From a virus (taxonomy: Duplodnaviria > Heunggongvirae > Uroviricota > Caudoviricetes): a stretch of DNA of 4,224 bases. The translations under genes and the position numbers were made by a program. Positions within the stretch are counted from its first letter, which is position 1, and the number at the start of each line of letters is the position of its first letter. Under the pieces are notes generated by a model. The model made no database searches. It worked only from the letters and a program-made list of their open reading frames with translations, and had not been told where the DNA came from. The DNA lies in the IMG/VR virus record IMGVR_UViG_2654587570_000007. The stretch is one strand, 5' to 3'. Shown piece by piece: positions 1-4,224 of the stretch.

Positions 1-81
1 GTAGCTGAACAGGAGGGACAGCTGATAGAAACAGAAGCCACTGGAGCACCTCAAAAACACCATCATACACTAAATCAGTAA
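1..81 (+). CDS. 3' end of an upstream ORF (C-terminal 26 codons, product unknown); open from the window edge to TAA at 79-81
   Basis: Frame 1 is the only + frame open at the window start; it translates to VAEQEGQLIETEATGAPQKHHHTLNQ then stop. It is in the same frame as the 136..1059 ORF. Too short to assign a product; a holin C-terminus is possible but unsupported. Confidence 0.3.
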   Translation, partial: VAEQEGQLIETEATGAPQKHHHTLNQ

Positions 82-135
82 GTTGGCAGCATCACCAAAG
101 AGATAAATAATTACCCGGATAAGATTGCTGTTACT

Positions 136-1059
136 GTGGCACTTGAAATTGGCGGGCATCCGTCGTTGTTGTTGCCACATGTGGCGATTAGTCTTGACCG
201 TACTGAAGGTGCCACGCTGGAGTTCTACGAAGCTGAGGCGAAAAAACAGGCGAAGCAGTTTTTCATGGATATTGTTGCCGGGTTATGCGAAGGGGATGAA
301 CCGTCACCGGAAAAGCGCCCCGTAATTTTAGATGCGCAGGATGTATTGATAACCTACAAAGGAAAGCTACCGGGAAGAATTACTTGTTCTCTGAAGATGC
401 CGCCGTCAACACTGCGGTCAGAAAAAGATGATGTTGAATCGCGTATTGAAAAACTGGAGTGCTATATCGCTGAATTGAAAAAAAGCACCCCAACAAAAAA
501 TGAGGTGCTTGCAGCAGACGAAATGAAAGAAGCTATTCCTGATCGCGCGGCGAATCTAAGCTGCGCTTCATGGTTGAAAGAGCATCTTCAGCAGCCTGAA
601 AAAAAACGCCGCGATGAGCAGTTTGCTGCGTTTTACGATTATTGCCGGAAAGTGATGAGCAGAAATCTCGCAGAGTGTTTCAGTATTCATAATGATAATT
701 TCAGTGACCTGGAATGGGAGTGTAACCGGCCATCCTTTGTTGTATCCGGTGATGCTGGGAAAATAACCATCTCAGAAAATGGAAAAGTAACACCGCCATC
801 GCACCAGCATAGTGAGGAGCTCATTGAATTTGCCATTGATTACCTGAAGAACAATAAAAAGCAGGGGCTGATGAAGTGCATTGGTCGTTGCATGGGATAT
901 CTGCAGATAGCTGCTGAGATTGAAGCGCTGGCCAGTGGTGCGGACAAGGATGCAGTTGTGCGGGAGGCTCTTCTTCGTGATTTTGATAATCCGCCCTTTA
1001 AAAAAGTGCCGGCTTACTGGTTTCATCCAGGACTGACTTATCTTAAAGGACGTATATAA
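136..1059 (+). CDS. Hypothetical 307-aa soluble protein of unknown function, immediately upstream of the endolysin; start codon uncertain
   Basis: A 924-nt uninterrupted ORF, with the six-frame track placing the start at GTG 136. No transmembrane segment; charged and Cys-containing. No Shine-Dalgarno was found before GTG 136, GTG 181, ATG 265 or ATG 397. I do not recognise a family from memory. Confidence 0.6.
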   Translation: MALEIGGHPSLLLPHVAISLDRTEGATLEFYEAEAKKQAKQFFMDIVAGLCEGDEPSPEKRPVILDAQDVLITYKGKLPGRITCSLKMPPSTLRSEKDDVESRIEKLECYIAELKKSTPTKNEVLAADEMKEAIPDRAANLSCASWLKEHLQQPEKKRRDEQFAAFYDYCRKVMSRNLAECFSIHNDNFSDLEWECNRPSFVVSGDAGKITISENGKVTPPSHQHSEELIEFAIDYLKNNKKQGLMKCIGRCMGYLQIAAEIEALASGADKDAVVREALLRDFDNPPFKKVPAYWFHPGLTYLKGRI

Positions 1060-1101
1060 GCTGGCTCGTTATCTGTTGCCGATAAATCCTGATAAATATC
1101 C

Positions 1102-1635
1102 ATGAACACCAAAATCAAATACGGCCTGTCGGCTGCCGTTCTGGCGCTGATTGCCGCTGGTGCGCCTGCGCCTGACATTCTCGACCAGTTTCTGGATGAA
1201 AAGGAAGGTAACCACACCACGGCATACCGTGATGGTGCGGGGATCTGGACCATCTGCCGTGGTGCCATCATGGTGGATGGTAAACCTGTTGTTCCAGGCA
1301 TGAAGTTGTCGAAGGCAAAATGCGCTCAGGTTAACGCCATTGAGCGTAATAAGGCGCTGGCATGGGTGGAGAAAAACATCAAAGTGCCATTGACCGAACC
1401 ACAGAAAGCGGGGATTGCGTCATTCTGTCCGTACAACATTGGCCCCGGTAAGTGTTTCCCGTCGACGTTTTATAAACGAATTAATGCAGGCGATCGCAGG
1501 GGGGCGTGTGAGGCGATTCGCTGGTGGATTAAGGACGGTGGCAGAGACTGCCGTATTCGCTCAAACAACTGTTACGGTCAGGTATCCCGTCGCGACCAGG
1601 AGAGTGCGCTGGCGTGCTGGGGAATTGACAGATAA
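1102..1635 (+). CDS. R: SAR-type endolysin (phage lysozyme, T4-lysozyme/GH24 fold, P21 R / Stx-phage R-like)
   Basis: 177 aa. N-terminal weakly hydrophobic Gly/Ala-rich segment YGLSAAVLALIAAGAPAP is typical of a signal-arrest-release domain. Motif EGNHTTAYRDGAGIWTICRG gives the Glu35/Asp44/Thr50 spacing recalled for the P21 R catalytic triad. Near-identical by memory to the R protein of Stx phages. Confidence 0.93.
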   Translation: MNTKIKYGLSAAVLALIAAGAPAPDILDQFLDEKEGNHTTAYRDGAGIWTICRGAIMVDGKPVVPGMKLSKAKCAQVNAIERNKALAWVEKNIKVPLTEPQKAGIASFCPYNIGPGKCFPSTFYKRINAGDRRGACEAIRWWIKDGGRDCRIRSNNCYGQVSRRDQESALACWGIDR

Positions 1636-1725
1636 GCAGAATATTTTGCTGAAAAATGCGGTTTGCTCACACGGACGGATAACACGAAATCCTGCGAACT
1701 GACAAAAACTAAGTGAATAAAAGTA

Positions 1726-1764
1726 AAAACCCCGTTTGTTGGCTGCAAGCGGGGTTTTGTGTTT
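1726..1764 (+). terminator. Intrinsic (rho-independent) terminator-like hairpin between R and Rz, possibly bidirectional
   Basis: 13-bp stem aaaaccccgtttg / caagcggggtttt (one G-U pair), 7-nt loop ttggctg, GC-rich core, followed by T-tract ttttgtgttt. A-tract on the 5' side gives a U-tract on the opposite strand too. Confidence 0.6.
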
Positions 1765-1794
1765 CCTGACTCTGGAAAAGTCAAAGGAGAAAGT

Positions 1795-1932
1795 GTGTTT
1801 GATTTTAGCAAACTGATTCGGGAGATTCGAGTGATGGCTGAAAAATTATCCACCTGGAAGTTCATTCTTATCTGGCTGGTGTTTGTGATTATGGCCTCCG
1901 GTTATTTCATCGGTCAGATACGCTGGTGGTGA
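1795..1932 (+). CDS. Small single-pass membrane protein (45 aa from GTG 1795, or 32 aa from ATG 1834) between endolysin and spanins; candidate lysis accessory
   Basis: Not in the ORF track (below 60 aa). AAGGAG at 1784-1789 lies 5 nt before GTG 1795; alternative ATG 1834 has GGAG at 1821-1824. Product MFDFSKLIREIRVMAEKLSTWKFILIWLVFVIMASGYFIGQIRWW has one hydrophobic helix (FILIWLVFVIMASGYFIG). Stop TGA 1930-1932 is one base from the Rz ATG at 1934, suggesting translational coupling. Confidence 0.45.
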   Translation: MFDFSKLIREIRVMAEKLSTWKFILIWLVFVIMASGYFIGQIRWW

Positions 1933-1933
1933 A

Positions 1934-2401
1934 ATGAACCGCGTACTGTGCGTGGTCATCATTGCCCTGCTGGTGGCCTGTGGTGCGCTTAGTCTGGGGC
2001 TGAATCATTACCGTGATAACGCCATAACCTACAAAGAGCAGCGCGATAAAAAAGTCAGTGAGCTGGAGCAGGCAAATGCAACCATTACTGATATGCAGCA
2101 GCGCCAGCGTGATGTTGCTGCACTTGATGCCAGATACTCGAGGGAATTAGCCGATGCGAGAGCTGAAAATGAAACTCTTCGCGCTGACGTTGCCGCTGGT
2201 CGTAAGCGCCTGCGGATCAACGCCACCTGTCCAGGCTCCGTGCGTGAAGCCCCCACCACCTCCGGCGTGGATAATGCAACCGGCCCCCAACTGGCAGACA
2301 CCGTTACACGGGATTATTTCACCCTCAGAGAGCGGCTGATGACGATGCACAAGCAACTGGAAGGGGCACAGGACTATATCCGCACTCAGTGCCTGAAATA
2401 A
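1934..2401 (+). CDS. Rz: i-spanin Rz (inner-membrane spanin subunit)
   Basis: 155 aa. N-terminal TMD VLCVVIIALLVACGALSLGL followed by a charged coiled-coil-like periplasmic domain. Strong similarity by memory to lambda Rz (NHYRDNAITYK, AITDMQ, RQRDVAALDA, DYFTLRERL, MxKQLEG). Confidence 0.93.
   Translation: MNRVLCVVIIALLVACGALSLGLNHYRDNAITYKEQRDKKVSELEQANATITDMQQRQRDVAALDARYSRELADARAENETLRADVAAGRKRLRINATCPGSVREAPTTSGVDNATGPQLADTVTRDYFTLRERLMTMHKQLEGAQDYIRTQCLK
2154..2339 (+). CDS. Rz1: o-spanin Rz1 (outer-membrane lipoprotein), fully embedded in the +1 frame of Rz
   Basis: 61 aa. Signal peptide with lipobox LVVSAC (Cys20), then CVKPPPPPAWIMQP and WQTPLHGIISPSE, matching lambda Rz1 by memory. 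SD-like GAGGG about 9 nt upstream of ATG 2154. Confidence 0.85.
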   Translation: MRELKMKLFALTLPLVVSACGSTPPVQAPCVKPPPPPAWIMQPAPNWQTPLHGIISPSESG

Positions 2402-2751
2402 GTTTTGTTGATGCGCCGTATCGTCGCTGTATTCCCTCATTAACAGAGACCGCAGCCCGACAGGGAGACTCCTCTGCGCGAGTGTGCGGGGATAATCAAA
2501 AACGATACACACCGGGGTTTACCGCGTTAACGGAGCGCGGCGTTGTCCCCTCATAGTCGCCTGTCCGGTGCGATGGTGGAAGAAGCCGGATGTTTATCAC
2601 TATTAATTGATGACACAGAAATGGATTCATTGAATTTCAGCACGTTTTTGTATTCGTGTTATTGAACATCTGTTTATTTTACTTTTAACATATTGATAAT
2701 AAAAAGAGCTGTAAATCTTTAGATGAGTCGATTTTGTCCGGGGAAGTTCAA

Positions 2752-2889
2752 ATGGATTTTATGCTGACGGTTTCTGGTGTGGTTATCCTGTCCATTGCTT
2801 ATACTGCAGATAAATATGGCTGCCATTTGTTATCACGTATTGGCGCTTATTGTTCGTTGATGCTGATTTTCTCGTCGCTTTTTTTTTGA
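2752..2889 (+). CDS. Possible small hydrophobic protein (45 aa) in the AT-rich island; speculative
   Basis: ATG 2752 is preceded by GGGGAAG (2740-2746) with a 5-nt spacer. Product MDFMLTVSGVVILSIAYTADKYGCHLLSRIGAYCSLMLIFSSLFF. AT-rich promoter-like sequence upstream, e.g. TTGAAC at 2662-2667 then 18 bp then TAACAT. Short, in low-complexity DNA, no homolog recalled. Confidence 0.25.
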   Translation: MDFMLTVSGVVILSIAYTADKYGCHLLSRIGAYCSLMLIFSSLFF

Positions 2890-3025
2890 GTAAGTTATAT
2901 TAATTATAACAAATAATTTTCTGTGTTATTTTTTCAGGCTATCCCGTCAGAGGGGAAGCCTGTACTGCCGGGGAGCGAATGGAAAACTGATGTGTCCGGT
3001 AACTGCGTGTTCTGTGAACACCATG

Positions 3026-3211
3026 TTACTTAATTATGTAATTCATACCCGAACTCTCTGTTGACAGCCTTCTTCTGCAGGCTTCAATAACCCACGCTGA
3101 AAAGTTTCCTGAACCTTTCAGATCAAGAGCGATGTTAATTTGTTCAATCATCTGGTTTGGAAATCGGATGTTGCGGGTTGTTGTTCTGCGGGTTCTGTTC
3201 TTTGATGACAT
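3026..3211 (-). CDS. Small ribbon-helix-helix (Arc/MetJ-like) DNA-binding protein, YlcI/YnfO-like (DUF3950 with conserved NFS motif)
   Basis: 61-aa minus-strand ORF. Pattern RNIRFPNQMIEQINIALDLKGSGNFSAWVIEACRRRL fits beta-strand plus two helices; NFS motif present. SD-like GGGGAAA upstream of the ATG on the minus strand. Family assignment is from memory. Confidence 0.65.
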   Translation of the reverse strand: MSSKNRTRRTTTRNIRFPNQMIEQINIALDLKGSGNFSAWVIEACRRRLSTESSGMNYIIK

Positions 3212-3387
3212 AATGTTTCCCCATATTCAGTGTTGCTGATTTGTATTATCTGAAGTTGCTTTTACGTTAATTTGACGCAGATCAATTAATACGATACCTG
3301 CGTCATAATTGATTATTTCTCGTGGTTTGATGGCGTACACACATGTTGTGATAAACCTTATATAGATGATAATTATTATCATTTCGT

Positions 3388-3394
3388 GGGTCCT
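3388..3394. other. cosQ-like element (gggtcct), about 24 bp upstream of the cosN nick
   Basis: Position and sequence match my recollection of the lambda right end (gggtcctttccgg, then gatccgac and ggttacg). Surrounding sequence from about 3226 onward is near-identical to the lambda right-end region as recalled. Confidence 0.5.
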
Positions 3395-3417
3395 TTCCGG
3401 CGATCCGACCGGTTACG

Positions 3418-3429
3418 GGGCGGCGACCT
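3418..3429. other. cosN: the 12-nt cohesive-end sequence gggcggcgacct; predicted nicks 3417/3418 on the top strand and 3429/3430 on the bottom strand
   Basis: ggttacg|gggcggcgacct|cgcgggttttcgctatttatgaaaattttccgg matches the lambda cos junction as I recall it, and lies just upstream of the terminase genes as in lambdoid phages. Confidence 0.85.
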
Positions 3430-3463
3430 CGCGGGTTTTCGCTATTTATGAAAATTTTCCGGG

Positions 3464-3574
3464 AACCATGTCCGGTTTCTCTGCAAGTTAACTACATAAA
3501 AAATATAAAAACAGGTTTTCCGTGAACCGGACATGCGCAAAAAATAGACATATAAACCGGACATGACCGGTTTT
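3464..3574. repeat. cosB-like region: three copies of an 11-bp repeat (inverted catgtccggtt at 3467-3477; direct aaccggacatg at 3525-3535 and 3555-3565) with an A/T-rich putative IHF-bending segment (about 3485-3515) between the first and second
   Basis: Repeats read directly from the sequence; the two direct copies are 30 bp apart. The layout of one inverted and two direct repeats around an A/T-rich segment mirrors the lambda R3-I1-R2-R1 pattern, but the repeat sequence is not the lambda one. Confidence 0.55.
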
Positions 3575-3612
3575 GTGCTGATTGTGAGGTAAGAGTTTTT
3601 GCGGGGTGAGGA

Positions 3613-4122
3613 GTGGCTACGCAGACTGAAGTTGCCAGGCATTTGAGTCTGACCGATCGCCAGCTTCGCAGATTGCAGAAATTGCCGGGTGCTCCGGTCT
3701 CGAATAAGCGAGGACAACTGGATCTGGATGCCTGGCGTGATTTTTACATATCGTATCTGAGGAGAAGTAAAAACGATGTGCCTGATGGCGATAGCGAAGA
3801 CGACTATGAAGAAAAGTTACTCATTGCCAGATGGAAGTTGATCGAAGAACAGGCAATCGCCCAGCAATTAAAAAATCAGGCGTCCGAAGGAAAGCTTATT
3901 GACACCGGATTCTGTATTTTTGCCCTCAGTAAGCTGGCAATGGCGTTATCCAGTACGCTTGATTCCATCCCTTTATCCATGCAGCGACAGTTTCCTGATT
4001 TAACACCGCGCCATCTTGACCATCTGAAAACCCTTATTGCGAAGGGGGCAAATCAGTGTGCGCGGGCAGGGGATAAATTACCGGATTTACTCGATGAATA
4101 TATCAGAGCAACAACTGAATAA
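3613..4122 (+). CDS. nu1: Terminase small subunit (Nu1-like, DNA packaging protein)
   Basis: 169 aa. C-terminal half aligns closely by memory with lambda Nu1 (GFCIFALSKLA, LDSIPLSMQRQFPDLTPRHLD, LPDLLDEYI). N-terminal winged-HTH region is diverged. GTG start at 3613 is preceded by an in-frame stop and a G-rich SD. Confidence 0.92.
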   Translation: MATQTEVARHLSLTDRQLRRLQKLPGAPVSNKRGQLDLDAWRDFYISYLRRSKNDVPDGDSEDDYEEKLLIARWKLIEEQAIAQQLKNQASEGKLIDTGFCIFALSKLAMALSSTLDSIPLSMQRQFPDLTPRHLDHLKTLIAKGANQCARAGDKLPDLLDEYIRATTE

Positions 4123-4224
4123 TATGATGGCTGCCGTTTCGGTTGCGCTGCAGCCTCTGGTCAGGGTTGTACCAATGACGGCAGTTGAATGGGCTGATCA
4201 AAATTATTATCTGCCTAAAGAATC
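4094..4224 (+). CDS. A: Terminase large subunit (gpA-like), 5' partial, running off the window
   Basis: ATG 4094 gives MNISEQQLNNMMAAVSVALQPLVRVVPMTAVEWADQNYYLPKE, matching the lambda gpA N-terminus by memory (MNIS..., TAVEWADANYYLPKES). It overlaps the Nu1 3' end by 29 nt in another frame, as in lambda. Confidence 0.9.
   Translation, partial: MNISEQQLNNMMAAVSVALQPLVRVVPMTAVEWADQNYYLPKE

Noticed and set aside
125-325. 66-aa + strand ORF in an alternative frame
   Set aside because: Lies entirely inside the 307-aa ORF in another frame; highly basic, low-complexity product typical of an off-frame artefact.
772-1026. 84-aa minus-strand ORF
   Set aside because: Antisense to the 307-aa ORF with no independent start signals; most likely a shadow ORF.
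1038-1301. 87-aa minus-strand ORF
   Set aside because: Antisense to the 5' end of the well-supported endolysin gene; shadow ORF.
1415-1702. 95-aa + strand ORF
   Set aside because: Overlaps the endolysin 3' half in another frame; Arg-rich product typical of an off-frame read through GC-rich coding sequence.
1578-1865. 95-aa minus-strand ORF spanning the R 3' end, the terminator hairpin and the small TM ORF
   Set aside because: Runs through a strong hairpin and is antisense to better-supported features; no SD seen. A short antisense RNA here is not excluded, but a 95-aa protein is unlikely.
2029-2512. Two minus-strand ORFs (90 aa and 121 aa) antisense to Rz/Rz1
   Set aside because: Both are antisense to the strongly supported Rz and Rz1 genes. 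The 121-aa ORF extends only 37 codons beyond Rz into GC-rich DNA; shadow ORFs.
2402-2580. Bor-like lipoprotein gene or tRNA expected between Rz and cos
   Set aside because: No ORF with a lipoprotein signal peptide of the right size and no cloverleaf-compatible segment was found. Only weak imperfect hairpins (e.g. ccgcg...cgcgg near 2521-2540) are present.
3442-3717. 91-aa minus-strand ORF
   Set aside because: Covers the cosB repeats and the Nu1 start on the opposite strand; incompatible with the conserved cos/Nu1 architecture.
1-4224. CRISPR array, IS element or integrase/att site
   Set aside because: No regularly spaced direct repeats, terminal inverted repeats, transposase or integrase ORF seen. 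The only repeat family is the three-copy cosB motif, explained by terminase binding.

Overview
This window is the lysis-to-packaging junction of a lambdoid (lambda/21/Stx-phage-like) prophage on the + strand. It contains: the 3' end of an upstream ORF; a 307-aa ORF of unknown function; a SAR-type endolysin (R); a 298-bp insert with a strong hairpin terminator and a tiny single-TMD ORF; the Rz/Rz1 spanin pair with Rz1 embedded in the +1 frame; an AT-rich, ORF-poor island; a small minus-strand ribbon-helix-helix gene; a complete cos site (cosQ, lambda-identical cosN, cosB with its own repeat family); the small terminase subunit; and the 5' start of the large terminase subunit. No tRNA, rRNA, CRISPR array or IS element was seen. 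The main open questions are the absence of a canonical holin next to the endolysin, the unplaced 307-aa ORF, and the cargo island between Rz and cos. All homology statements are from memory of lambda, phage 21 and 933W sequences, not from a search.
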